Source: Candidatus Aminicenantales bacterium
Lineage (GTDB): Bacteria > Acidobacteriota > Aminicenantia > Aminicenantales > Saccharicenantaceae
Direction: 5' to 3'
DNA length: 64,000 nt
NCBI GenBank assembly: GCA_049512315.1
Contig: JBEKXF010000008.1
Coordinates: forward strand, 1 to 64,000
Shown here: positions 27,897-37,295 of the stretch, in pieces
Numbering within the stretch: position 1 is the stretch's first letter
Layout of the letters: each line of letters begins with the position of its first letter
Notes under the pieces: model-generated
Told to the model about the DNA's origin: nothing
The model's database searches: none
The model's input: only the letters and a program-made list of their open reading frames with translations
Made by a program: the position numbers and the translations under genes

Positions 27897-28342
27897 CAGA
27901 GCTTCTCCGCCCTGATCTCGACGATCTTGAGGACGATCCCCCGCGTCCCGGGATATGAACCTGGAGGGGTGGCTTCAGGGGTCACGTAAAAAAAGACCCG
28001 GACGGGATACTGGTTTCCGGTCTTCTGGTTCCGGAAGGACCAGCGGGTCTTCAGGATTCCGCCCGGCCTGCCCGGAAGCATCGTGAGGCCGGGGTCGACG
28101 AAGAACTCGGTCGTCTTGAAAACGGAAAAGATCCGCTTGAAAACGAGATAGGCCTGGTCCGGCGAGAGCTGGTCGGCGAGCGAGAGCGGGTCGGGAAGAG
28201 AGACCGGGATGTCCCCGCTGGTCGTCAGGAGGCCTCCGAGGATTTCGGGCGAATTCTGGAGGAAAGCCATCTCGAGGGGTTGGGCGACGGGGACCGGAAG
28301 CGACAGCAGGAGGGAGAGCGAGAGAACGTTGAAAATGCTCAC
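27896..28342 (-). CDS. Exported hypothetical protein (weakly DUF4783-like)
   Basis: GTG start, hydrophobic N-terminus, SPDQAYLVFKRIF; stop overlaps kinase start. Confidence 0.6.
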   Translation of the reverse strand: MSIFNVLSLSLLLSLPVPVAQPLEMAFLQNSPEILGGLLTTSGDIPVSLPDPLSLADQLSPDQAYLVFKRIFSVFKTTEFFVDPGLTMLPGRPGGILKTRWSFRNQKTGNQYPVRVFFYVTPEATPPGSYPGTRGIVLKIVEIRAEKL

Positions 28343-28483
28343 TTGCCTGTCCTCATCCTAACACAGAGCTTTGAGGCCGGGCAAGAGAGAGGCGGACGCC
28401 CCTTCCCGAGAAAAGGGAACCCCTGCCGCGGAAGGGGCGGAGCAGCGGGGGAAAAACGTCCAGGGCCGGGTCGGGCCGGCGCC

Positions 28484-28720
28484 TTATTTTTCCTCTTTCT
28501 TTTCCGCCGTTTCCTGCTCGAGCTTCTTGGTCCTCTGGGCGTCCTTGATGCTGCTGATCCCTGCGATCAGACCAATGAGGCCGCCGAAGAAAAGGATCGG
28601 GGGAATGAAGCCCTCGACAAGCTGGACAAAGGCGTGCCGGAAGGCGGCGGAAACGATCACCAGGGCGATGCCTCCGGCCATGGCGACCAGGCCGCCGAGA
28701 ACAGCGATGTATTTACCCAT
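28484..28720 (-). CDS. Small two-TM membrane protein
   Basis: ATG after GGAGG; two hydrophobic helices and a charged tail. Confidence 0.7.
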   Translation of the reverse strand: MGKYIAVLGGLVAMAGGIALVIVSAAFRHAFVQLVEGFIPPILFFGGLIGLIAGISSIKDAQRTKKLEQETAEKKEEK

Positions 28721-28859
28721 GGTTGGACCTCCCACAACATTCTTCGGCGGGATTATACCAGAAGGGTCTGAAGGAAAGCAACCGGAATTTGAAGGTTTCA
28801 CGAACGGCTGGACCAGGCCCTCCCCGTTCGGTTAGAATGTCGACTGCGATCAAGGAGAA

Positions 28860-29450
28860 ATGACCCTGCCGATGAGCATCAAGGGCGCTATCTTCGACCT
28901 CGACGGGACGGTCGTCGAGAATGCCTACGACTGGCCGAAGATCAGGCAGGAGCTCGGGAACGCGGAGGTCTCCATCCTCCACTACCTCTGCGGCCTCGAG
29001 GAGCCCGAGCGGTCGCGGAAGTGGGCCATTCTCGAGCGGCATGAGGCCGAGCAGACGGCCCGGTCCGTGCTCCGGGAGGGCATGAAGGAGCTCCTGGCGT
29101 TCTTCAGGGGGAGAGGCGTCCGGTCGGCCCTCGTCACCAACAACTCCCGCAAGAACACGGCTTATCTCCTTGAGAAATTCGGCCTCAGCTTCGACCGCGT
29201 GACCACCCGGGAGAGCGGACTGTGGAAGCCTTCGGGCGCGCCCTTCCGGGACGTCCTCGACGCTTTCGGGATCAGCGGCGGCGAATGCTGTGTCATTGGC
29301 GATACCCGGTTCGACATCTTGGCCGCCGTGGACGCCGGGATCGGGCCGATCTTCCTTCTCGGGGACGACCCGGACGACTTCTCCGGATTCCCGGTCGAAG
29401 TCTTCCCGGAGATCGAGCCGCTCCGCCGCCGCCTGCAAGAGCTCCTCTGA
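28860..29450 (+). CDS. HAD-superfamily hydrolase
   Basis: IFDLDGT, VTNN, KPS, IGDTRFD. Confidence 0.92.
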   Translation: MTLPMSIKGAIFDLDGTVVENAYDWPKIRQELGNAEVSILHYLCGLEEPERSRKWAILERHEAEQTARSVLREGMKELLAFFRGRGVRSALVTNNSRKNTAYLLEKFGLSFDRVTTRESGLWKPSGAPFRDVLDAFGISGGECCVIGDTRFDILAAVDAGIGPIFLLGDDPDDFSGFPVEVFPEIEPLRRRLQELL

Positions 29451-29542
29451 CCGGATCCCCACGACGAGGCTCCCGGTCCCCGGCTTGATTTATCCCCGGC
29501 ATTTGGTGACAATGGAACGGAATTCCGCGCCCGAGGTAGGCC

Positions 29543-30688
29543 ATGGCGAGAGAAAAATTGCTGCTGATTCCCGGCCCGAGCCCGGTCGTGCCGCGCATCC
29601 TTGATGCTTTGGCCCAACCGACCGTCTCCCATGTCGGACCGGAAATGGTCCGGGAGCTCCGGGAATCCTGCGAGAACCTGAAGAAGATCGTCTTTTGCGA
29701 AAAAGGCGAGCCGTTCATCATCTCCGGCGCCGGGACCCTGGCCATGGAGATGGCCCTCCTGAACACGGTCGGCCCGAACGACCGCGTCCTCGTCCTGTCC
29801 CAGGGCTATTTCGGGCAGAGGATGGGACAGATCTGCCAGGCCTTCGGGCTTGCGCACGACGTCCTTGAATGCGAATGGGGGAAGGCCGTTCTTCCCCAGG
29901 AGCTGGACGCCCGACTTTTCAACCAGGTCTACCAGGTCGTCGTCTGCACGCATGTGGATACGGCCACGGGCGCTTGCGCTCCTGTCGAAGAATACGCCGG
30001 GATCGTCGGCCCAACCGGCGCCCTTTTTATCGTCGACGGCGTCTGCGCCACCGGCGGCATTCCCGAACGGATGGACGACTGGACGATCGACGTCGTCCTG
30101 ACCGCCGCCCAGAAATGCCTGGGCGTGCCGCCCGGCCTGTCCATCCTGGTTCTTTCGGAGCGGGCCATGGAGAAGCGTAGGAGCATAACCTCCATCCCGG
30201 CCTACTACTCCGACCTCCTGCGCTGGCTGCCGATCATGCATGATCCCGCCAGGTATTTCTCGACGCCCTGCGTCAACGAGATCCGAGCTTTCTACGAGGG
30301 CACGCGGGTCATCATGGAAGAGGGGATGGAGGCGAGGTTCAGGCGCCACGACCTCTACGCCCGGGCGATCCGGGCCGGCCTGGCCGCCCTCGGCTTCGGC
30401 TTTTTCACGGACAGCCGGTTCCCGGCCTCGACCCTTTCCGTAGTCGCTTACCCTGACGGCGTCGACGACAAGGCTTTTCGGAGCGCGCTCTACGAGAACG
30501 GCGTCGTGGTCGCCGGCGGCCTGGCCCAGACCCTGGGCAAGGTCTTCCGCATGGGGCACATGGGCAACCTGAGCTCCGACGAGGTCCGGTTCGCCTTGGA
30601 AGCCGTCGAGAGGACGCTCGAAACCCTTGGCTACGGCTTCAAGATCGGGGCGGGGGTCGCCCTGGCCCAAAAGATCCTGGGATCATGA
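29543..30688 (+). CDS. Alanine-glyoxylate/serine-pyruvate aminotransferase family (class V PLP)
   Basis: LIPGPS, HVDTATG, VDGV, AQKCLGVPPG, FRMGHMG. Confidence 0.92.
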   Translation: MAREKLLLIPGPSPVVPRILDALAQPTVSHVGPEMVRELRESCENLKKIVFCEKGEPFIISGAGTLAMEMALLNTVGPNDRVLVLSQGYFGQRMGQICQAFGLAHDVLECEWGKAVLPQELDARLFNQVYQVVVCTHVDTATGACAPVEEYAGIVGPTGALFIVDGVCATGGIPERMDDWTIDVVLTAAQKCLGVPPGLSILVLSERAMEKRRSITSIPAYYSDLLRWLPIMHDPARYFSTPCVNEIRAFYEGTRVIMEEGMEARFRRHDLYARAIRAGLAALGFGFFTDSRFPASTLSVVAYPDGVDDKAFRSALYENGVVVAGGLAQTLGKVFRMGHMGNLSSDEVRFALEAVERTLETLGYGFKIGAGVALAQKILGS

Positions 30689-30707
30689 CGGAAAAAGAAG
30701 GATGCCC

Positions 30708-31784
30708 ATGAAGAAAAGCCAGGTCTATTTCATCCCCGCCGACGGCCAGGATCCGGCCGAGGTCCTGGCCGACAAAGCTCGAAAGGTCTATCTGGCCACA
30801 GGCTTCAACGATAAGCTCGAAAAAGACGATTTCACGGCCCTCAAGATCCATTTCGGCGAGGTCCGCGGCACGGGTTACGTCAGGCCCCAATGGCTGACCG
30901 GGATCATCTGGGAGATCGGGCGGAAAACATCCCGGGCTTTCCTGACGGATTCGAACACCCTCTACGTCGGGAACCGGTCGAACTCGGTCGACCACATCCG
31001 CCTGGCCTGGTCCCACGGCTTCAGGCCGGAGATCGTGGGCGTGCCGGTCATCATCGCGGACGGTCTCATCGGGCATGACAAGTACGAGGCCAAGGGCGCC
31101 CAGGCCCGGACCACATCCTCCAAGATCGCCACGGCCATCCTCGACTCCGACGCCATCGTCTGCCTGACGCACGTCACGGGCCACGTTCAGACGGGGATCG
31201 GGGCGGCCATCAAGAACATGGGCATGGGCTGCGCTTCCCGGGCCGGAAAGCTCGACCAGCATTCGACCGTCCATCCCCGGGTCAACGCCAAGCAGTGCCG
31301 GAACTGCGGCATCTGTTTCGAGTTCTGCCCGGAGGACGCCATCGTCCAGGCGGAAGGGCACGTCACGATCGACCCGGCCAAGTGCATCGGCTGCGGCGAG
31401 TGCCTGGTCGTCTGCAAGCCCGGCGCCATCAAGATGAAATGGGACGAGGATTCCCGCCGGCTCCAGGAGATGATGGCGGAATACGCCTTCCGCGTTCATC
31501 AGCATTTCAAGGGCAAGACGGCCTTCCTCAATTTCCTGATCAAGATCACCAAGGACTGCGACTGCATGGCCAAGGACGACCCGCGGATCGTCGAGGACAT
31601 CGGCATCCTCGGGTCCCTCGACCCCGTCGCCGTCGACAAGGCCACGGCCGACCTGGTCGTCGAGCGCGGCCACGGGAAGGATGCCTTCCGGAAAGGCTAC
31701 GATATCGATTGGTCGATCCAGCTCAGCCACGGCGAGAAGATCGGACTGGGTTCGATGGACTACGAGGTCGTCGAGCTCGGCTGA
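30708..31784 (+). CDS. DUF362 protein with 2x[4Fe-4S] ferredoxin domain
   Basis: KIHFGE, TLYVGNR, KNMGMGC, two CxxCxxCxxxC motifs, CDC, DPVAVD. Confidence 0.9.
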   Translation: MKKSQVYFIPADGQDPAEVLADKARKVYLATGFNDKLEKDDFTALKIHFGEVRGTGYVRPQWLTGIIWEIGRKTSRAFLTDSNTLYVGNRSNSVDHIRLAWSHGFRPEIVGVPVIIADGLIGHDKYEAKGAQARTTSSKIATAILDSDAIVCLTHVTGHVQTGIGAAIKNMGMGCASRAGKLDQHSTVHPRVNAKQCRNCGICFEFCPEDAIVQAEGHVTIDPAKCIGCGECLVVCKPGAIKMKWDEDSRRLQEMMAEYAFRVHQHFKGKTAFLNFLIKITKDCDCMAKDDPRIVEDIGILGSLDPVAVDKATADLVVERGHGKDAFRKGYDIDWSIQLSHGEKIGLGSMDYEVVELG

Positions 31785-31800
31785 ATCGGGAAGGACTCCG

Positions 31801-33096
31801 TCAGGACTGATGCCGCAGGCGCGGGACAAATATCCAGACGAGAACCGCCGCGAGAAGCATCAGCGACGCGCCGATGATGACGGCCGCCGGCTCTCCCAGG
31901 CGCTGGGCCGTGGAGCCTATCCCGAGCGCCGCAACGGGCATGGCGCCAAAGAAGACGAACGTGTAGACGCCCATGACGCGGCCCCTAAGCTCGTTGGGCG
32001 AGAAGGTCTGGACGAGGGCGTTGCAGAGATTATAGATGAAGATCTGCGACATGCCAGCGCCGAACAGGAGAAAAAGCGAGAGGGGAGTCCAGCGGACGAA
32101 GGCGAAGGCCAGAATCAACACGGGCAGGGATAGTGTCCCGAGCGTCAGGAGCCGGCCCCGGAAACGGAAGCGCCCGAGGCTGGCAATGAGAAGCGCCCCG
32201 CCCAGGGCCCCGAGGCCCCGGGCGGCTTGGAGAAACCCGTTGGTCGTTGCGCCCCCGCCCAGGATCTTCACGGCCCATGCGGGGAGCAGTGTGGCATAGG
32301 CGATCCCGAAGAGGGTAACGATGGCGACGAGGCCGGTGATCGTCCGGACCATCGGCTGGCCCGCCACGTACTTGATGCCCTCCTTGAGGTCGTCGATCGT
32401 AGACGTTTTCTCGGGTTTGGGGACGAAAGGCTTGAGCTTCATGAGAGCGAGGGCCACGATGACGGCGATGAAGGAGATCCCATTGATCGTGAAGCACCAG
32501 GCCGGCCCGAGGATGGCGTAGATCAATCCCGCGACCGCGGGACCCACGGCCGTGGCCGTGTTGAACATCGCCCCGTTCAGGGCGATGGCATTGGTCATGT
32601 CATGAAGGCCGACCATCTCCAAGACGAAGGCCTGGCGGGCCGGGGCTTCGAACGCATTGGCCGCTCCGAGCAGCAGGGCGATGACGAGGATGTGCCAAGG
32701 CTGGACGATATGGAGAAACGTGAGGACTGCCAGGAAGAATGCGAGGATCATCATGGAGGCTTGGGTGATGATGATCATCGTTCTCCGGGGCATCCTGTCG
32801 GCGATGACCCCGGCGTAGAGCATGAATAACCAGGTCGGGACGCCTGCGGCAAAGCCGACGAGCCCGAGGTAAGCGGGAGACTTGGTCAACTCGTAGATGA
32901 GAAATGCCAGGGCCGTGCTCTGCATCCAGGTCCCGAAAAGAGAGAACATCTGGCCCCAGAACCAGAGGCGGTAGTTCGGGTACTGGAGGGCAGTGAAGGC
33001 CTGCTTCCAACTCATCTGCCGCCTCAGCCCGAACAGGCGGCGGAAGAACGGCCGGCGCGGCTCGCCGCTCGCTGAAGGAATGGGAAGGGAGGGCAT
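31801..33096 (-). CDS. MFS transporter (MFS_3/DUF894-like)
   Basis: NYRLWFWGQ, GTWMQ, GVIADRMPRR, LRGRVMG; about 12 TM helices. Confidence 0.9.
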   Translation of the reverse strand: MPSLPIPSASGEPRRPFFRRLFGLRRQMSWKQAFTALQYPNYRLWFWGQMFSLFGTWMQSTALAFLIYELTKSPAYLGLVGFAAGVPTWLFMLYAGVIADRMPRRTMIIITQASMMILAFFLAVLTFLHIVQPWHILVIALLLGAANAFEAPARQAFVLEMVGLHDMTNAIALNGAMFNTATAVGPAVAGLIYAILGPAWCFTINGISFIAVIVALALMKLKPFVPKPEKTSTIDDLKEGIKYVAGQPMVRTITGLVAIVTLFGIAYATLLPAWAVKILGGGATTNGFLQAARGLGALGGALLIASLGRFRFRGRLLTLGTLSLPVLILAFAFVRWTPLSLFLLFGAGMSQIFIYNLCNALVQTFSPNELRGRVMGVYTFVFFGAMPVAALGIGSTAQRLGEPAAVIIGASLMLLAAVLVWIFVPRLRHQS

Positions 33097-33103
33097 GGCT
33101 GGC

Positions 33104-33487
33104 TTATCGCGTCCTGCGCCCCCCATCCGGCAGGATCTCCTCGTCCTCCGGCTTCCAAGCCGGGTCGACGATGCAGAGGAAAGCGAGGTCGGCCTCGCCC
33201 GTGTTCTCGACGAACTGGATATGGAAGGGCGGGATGTAGACGGCCTGACCCGCGGCGATCTCGGCCGTCTCCTCGCCGACGTGCATGAGGCCCCGGCCCT
33301 CGAGGATGCAATAGACTTCCGAGCTCTTCAGCCGGTGCGGCCTAGTCTTCCCGTGCGGTTTGACGACGGCCCGGGCCAAGCTGAACCCAAACTGGAACGG
33401 ACCCTGGTCCGGATGGAGAAGCTCTCTGAGGGCCGATCCGTCACCGGCCGCGATTTCCTTACAATCCTTGACGTTCTTGATGATCAT
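33104..33487 (-). CDS. Cupin-domain protein
   Basis: PHRLKSSEVYCILEGRG, VYIPP, IQFVENTG. Confidence 0.88.
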   Translation of the reverse strand: MIIKNVKDCKEIAAGDGSALRELLHPDQGPFQFGFSLARAVVKPHGKTRPHRLKSSEVYCILEGRGLMHVGEETAEIAAGQAVYIPPFHIQFVENTGEADLAFLCIVDPAWKPEDEEILPDGGRRTR

Positions 33488-33499
33488 GAGGGAAAAAGA

Positions 33500-33574
33500 T
33501 CGGGGAGGTGGGATTTGAACCCACGACCCCAGCGTCCCGAACGCTGTGCGCTAGCCAGACTGCGCTACTCCCCG
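33500..33574 (-). tRNA. tRNA-Pro(CGG), CCA not encoded
   Basis: CGGGGAG acceptor stem, anticodon arm CAGCG-TTCGGGA-CGCTG, TTCAAAT T-loop; upstream TATAAT at 33589-33594. Confidence 0.97.
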
Positions 33575-33635
33575 GTCTTAAGCGCCTCATTATACATGTT
33601 TCCGGGCTCGGAGTGAAGCGCTGACCGGTTCTTTT

Positions 33636-34427
33636 TCAGGCGATCTTGAGCCGGAACCGGGCGACGTCGGGGGGCGGGAGGAGCTCCCAGATCCCGGCCA
33701 GGCCGGCGGCCCGGGCGCCGAGCTCGAAATGGAGCATGGCGATCCCGCAGTCGAGACGGCGGGAGATCTTCGGGTCCTTCTCATCCTTGTCGGTCCCGAT
33801 GATGACGGACCCGTCCTCGAGACGGAATCGCCAGGGCTGGCGGTTGCGGGCCGAAGGCGCGGCCCGGGCCGCCTCGAACCCCTTTTGGATCCCCGGGTCC
33901 GCGACGACCGCGTCCGCGATGAGCTCGCTGAGGGGCTTCCGGCTGCTGGACGCGGCGAGGAGCTTGAATGTTCTGTCGGTGAAGCTTGGCTTGCTCAGGG
34001 CGTAGCCGACGGGGCTGACGGCGAGGACCTTTTCGAACTTATCCAGCCGGACCTGGGCCGAGACCGCATCACGCCCGAAAAAACCGCCGACCCAGCAGGT
34101 GCCGAGTCCAAGGGACGTGGCCTCGAGGATGAGGCCCTCTCCCGTGTAGCCGGCACATTCCTGGACGCGGGCCGAACGCATGTCTCCGATGAAGGCGAGA
34201 TAACATGGCGCTCCGGTGATGCGCCCGTAGGAGCCGATGAATCCCGTGAAGACTCCGGCGCCTGGATCCCGCACGAGCTCTGTCCGGGCTTCCGGAAAAG
34301 GCCGGAATTCGCGGCACGTCTTTTCCAGCCGCGCGAGCGTTTCTTCCTTCGGGAGCCGGGCCTCGAAGCTCCTCCGGGACGTGCGGACCGGGATGACTCG
34401 ATACCAGGCTTCGACCGGAAGGTCCAT
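33636..34427 (-). CDS. Nitroreductase-family protein (TM1586-like duplicated fold)
   Basis: RTSRRSF, GLGTCWVG, APSARNRQPWRF, DCGIAMLHFE. Confidence 0.88.
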   Translation of the reverse strand: MDLPVEAWYRVIPVRTSRRSFEARLPKEETLARLEKTCREFRPFPEARTELVRDPGAGVFTGFIGSYGRITGAPCYLAFIGDMRSARVQECAGYTGEGLILEATSLGLGTCWVGGFFGRDAVSAQVRLDKFEKVLAVSPVGYALSKPSFTDRTFKLLAASSSRKPLSELIADAVVADPGIQKGFEAARAAPSARNRQPWRFRLEDGSVIIGTDKDEKDPKISRRLDCGIAMLHFELGARAAGLAGIWELLPPPDVARFRLKIA

Positions 34428-34444
34428 CGTCCTGGCGCCCCCCC

Positions 34445-37141
34445 TTACGCCCGCCGCCTCAGGTAAGCCTTGATGCCTTCCATCGATAGGAAGACGAAGG
34501 CTCCGAACGCGAGCGCAATTATCCCGTCATGGGCCGTCGGCAAGAGGACGCCGAAGCCCCGGCGGATCGAAGGGATCACGATCAGGCCGGCCGTGAGGAC
34601 GACCTGGGAGAGAACGGCGATGACGAGCCACTTGTGGGGCCGGAGCTTGAAGAAGCTGTAGCGGAGGGACCGCGAGTTCAGGGCGATGACCAGCTCGACG
34701 AAGAGGAAGAGGTAGAAGAGCTCGGTCCGGGCGTGGACGATGTCCCGGAGGTCATGGAAGAAGATGAAGAGGAAAACGGGGCTCCACATCAGGACGGCCA
34801 TGGCCAGGAAGGCCACGACATCCTTGGTGAAGACCTTTTCCCGCGGGTCGCGAGGCGGGCGCATCATGATGTCCGGGTCGGGCGGGGCGACGCCCAGGGC
34901 CAGGGCGGGCAGGCCGTCGGTGACGAGGTTGATGTAGAGGATGGCCGCCGGGAGGAGGGGCAGGTAGTGCGGCCCGAGGGCGAGGACGGCGCCTCCGATG
35001 ACGATGACCTCGGTGATGTTGCAGCGGAGGAGATAGGTCAGGTACTTCTTGATGTTGTCGTAAATCCAGCGGCCGCGCTCGATGGCCTTGACGATGGTGG
35101 CGAAGTTGTCGTCGTTGAGGACCATGTCGGCGGCCTCCTTGGCCACGTCGGTCCCGGTGATGCCCATGGCCACGCCGATGTCGGCCTGCTTGAGGGCCGG
35201 GGCGTCATTGACCCCGTCGCCGGTCATGGCCACGACGTCGCCCCTTTTCTTCCAGGCCTTGACGATCTTGATCTTGTCGGTGGGCGAGACCCGGGCGTAG
35301 ACCGTGGTCCGGTCGACGATCGCTTCGAGCTCCTCGCCGCTCATGGCGTCCAGCTCCTTGCCGCTCAGGGCGATATCGCCGTCGTGGAAGATGCCGATCT
35401 CTTTGGCCACGGCGATGGCCGTGAGCTTGTGGTCGCCCGTGATCATGACCGGCTTGATCTTGACATCCCGGCAGGTCTGGATGGCCGCCTTCACCTCGTC
35501 CCGCGGCGGGTCGATCATGCCCACGAGCCCCAGGAACGTCATGTGCTTCTCGATGGTTTCCTCGAGGATGTCCGTGCCCTCCTTGACCTCGCGGTAGGCG
35601 AAGCCGAGGACGCGCAGGGCATCGCCGGCCATATCCGCGTTCGCCTGGAGGATCTTCTGCCTCGTTTCGGCCGTGAGTTCCCGGCTTCCCCCGGCGTCCT
35701 GGAATTGGTCGGCCGCGGCCAGGGCGAGTTCGGGCGCGCCCTTAAGGATGGCGAGGATCCGTCCGTCCCGCATCCGGTGGAGCGTCGTCATCCTCTTCCT
35801 CTCCGAGCTGAACGGGATCTCCTCGATGCGGGGGTTCTCCAGCCGGAGCTCGGTCGGGTTGAGCCCGAACTTGGCCGCGGCGACGATGAGGGCCCCTTCG
35901 GTCGGGTCGCCCTTGACCGACCAGCGGCCCTCCTTCTCCTCGAGCCCGGAATCGTTGCAGAAAACGCCCGCCTTGAGGAGGAGATCCAGGCCGGCCTTGG
36001 CCGCGGCGTCGTCCGCCGCAAGGCCCTTGAACGTGCCCTCCGGGGCGTAGCCGACGCCCGTGACCTCGACCGGCCGGCCGCCGAAGTGGATCTTCCGGAC
36101 GGTCATCTCCCCCTTGGTCAGCGTCCCGGTCTTGTCCGAGCAGATGACCGTCGTGCAGCCCAGGGTCTCGACGGCGGGCATCTTCCGGATCAGGGCGTTG
36201 TTCTTGGCCATCTGATGCATGCCGATGGCCAGGGCCCCCGTGACGATGGCGGCCAGGGCCTCGGGGACGGCGGCGACGGCGAGCGAGACGGCGAACATGA
36301 TCATCTTGACGACGAACGGCAGGTCGACTGTCCCGACGAGGGACTGGCGGACGATGCTGAACACGGTGATAAGGAGGCAGATGCCCAGGGAGATGATGCC
36401 CAGCCACTTGCCGATCTCGTCGGTCCTCTTCTCGAGCGGCGTTTTTTCGACTTCGACTGCGGCCACTTCCTCGGCGATCTTGCCGAATTCCGTCCGCGAC
36501 CCGGTCGACGTGACGACCGCCTTGCCACGGCCGTAGGTAACGATGGTCCCGGCGAAGATCATGTTGGTCCGGTCCTCGACCCGGACTGCCGCAGCCAGCC
36601 GTCCGGTATCCTTGGGCACCGGCATGGACTCCCCGGTGAGAGAAGCCTCATCGCACTTGAGAGAGGCGCCCTCGATGAGCCGACCGTCGGCCGGGATCTT
36701 TAAGCCGGCCTCGAGGAGGAGGATGTCTCCCGGTACGATGTCCTTGGAGGGGACGTCATGCTCCCGGCCGTTGCGGATGAGCCGGATCGTGGGGGAGAGC
36801 ATCTTTTTCAAGGCCTCCAGGGCTTTTCCGGCGCGGTATTCCTGGAAGAAGCCCAGCAGGGCACAGAAGACGACGATGACGAAGATGAGCGCGGCGTCGA
36901 AGATCTCGCCGACGGCGGCCGAGAGCCCCGTGGCGATGAGCAGAATGATGATCAGGAGGTTCTTGAACTGGCCGAGGAAGATCGTCCACGGCGAGACCTT
37001 CTCTTCCTTCCGGAGTTCGTTCGGGCCATATGTGGCCAGCCGGCGGGTGACTTCGCTGTCGGAGAGCCCGTAAAAGGCATTGCTTTCGAAAGCCTCCAGG
37101 GCCTCGGGAACATCCAGGGCATGCCATTGCGTCTCGTTCAT
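34445..37141 (-). CDS. P-type IIA cation (probably Ca2+) ATPase
   Basis: LTGES, PEAL, CSDKTGTLT, KGAPE, DPPR, TGDGVNDAPAL, NLVTDGLPA. Confidence 0.93.
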   Translation of the reverse strand: MNETQWHALDVPEALEAFESNAFYGLSDSEVTRRLATYGPNELRKEEKVSPWTIFLGQFKNLLIIILLIATGLSAAVGEIFDAALIFVIVVFCALLGFFQEYRAGKALEALKKMLSPTIRLIRNGREHDVPSKDIVPGDILLLEAGLKIPADGRLIEGASLKCDEASLTGESMPVPKDTGRLAAAVRVEDRTNMIFAGTIVTYGRGKAVVTSTGSRTEFGKIAEEVAAVEVEKTPLEKRTDEIGKWLGIISLGICLLITVFSIVRQSLVGTVDLPFVVKMIMFAVSLAVAAVPEALAAIVTGALAIGMHQMAKNNALIRKMPAVETLGCTTVICSDKTGTLTKGEMTVRKIHFGGRPVEVTGVGYAPEGTFKGLAADDAAAKAGLDLLLKAGVFCNDSGLEEKEGRWSVKGDPTEGALIVAAAKFGLNPTELRLENPRIEEIPFSSERKRMTTLHRMRDGRILAILKGAPELALAAADQFQDAGGSRELTAETRQKILQANADMAGDALRVLGFAYREVKEGTDILEETIEKHMTFLGLVGMIDPPRDEVKAAIQTCRDVKIKPVMITGDHKLTAIAVAKEIGIFHDGDIALSGKELDAMSGEELEAIVDRTTVYARVSPTDKIKIVKAWKKRGDVVAMTGDGVNDAPALKQADIGVAMGITGTDVAKEAADMVLNDDNFATIVKAIERGRWIYDNIKKYLTYLLRCNITEVIVIGGAVLALGPHYLPLLPAAILYINLVTDGLPALALGVAPPDPDIMMRPPRDPREKVFTKDVVAFLAMAVLMWSPVFLFIFFHDLRDIVHARTELFYLFLFVELVIALNSRSLRYSFFKLRPHKWLVIAVLSQVVLTAGLIVIPSIRRGFGVLLPTAHDGIIALAFGAFVFLSMEGIKAYLRRRA

Positions 37142-37295
37142 GGACGGGTCCTCTTGGAAAGCGACTGAGAAGGATTTCAATCATAACAGAACGGGAGCCC
37201 GTTTTGAAGGGGGGCGGCGGCCTTCTTCGGGCAGGTTGACTTCCGCGGGATTCTCTATTAAATATGGTTTTTCGACCTTATTCGGGAGGCAGACT

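Noticed and set aside
37142..37210. yybP-ykoY riboswitch upstream of the P-type ATPase
   Set aside because: The apparent -10 (TGtTATGAT) leaves too short a leader and the consensus is absent
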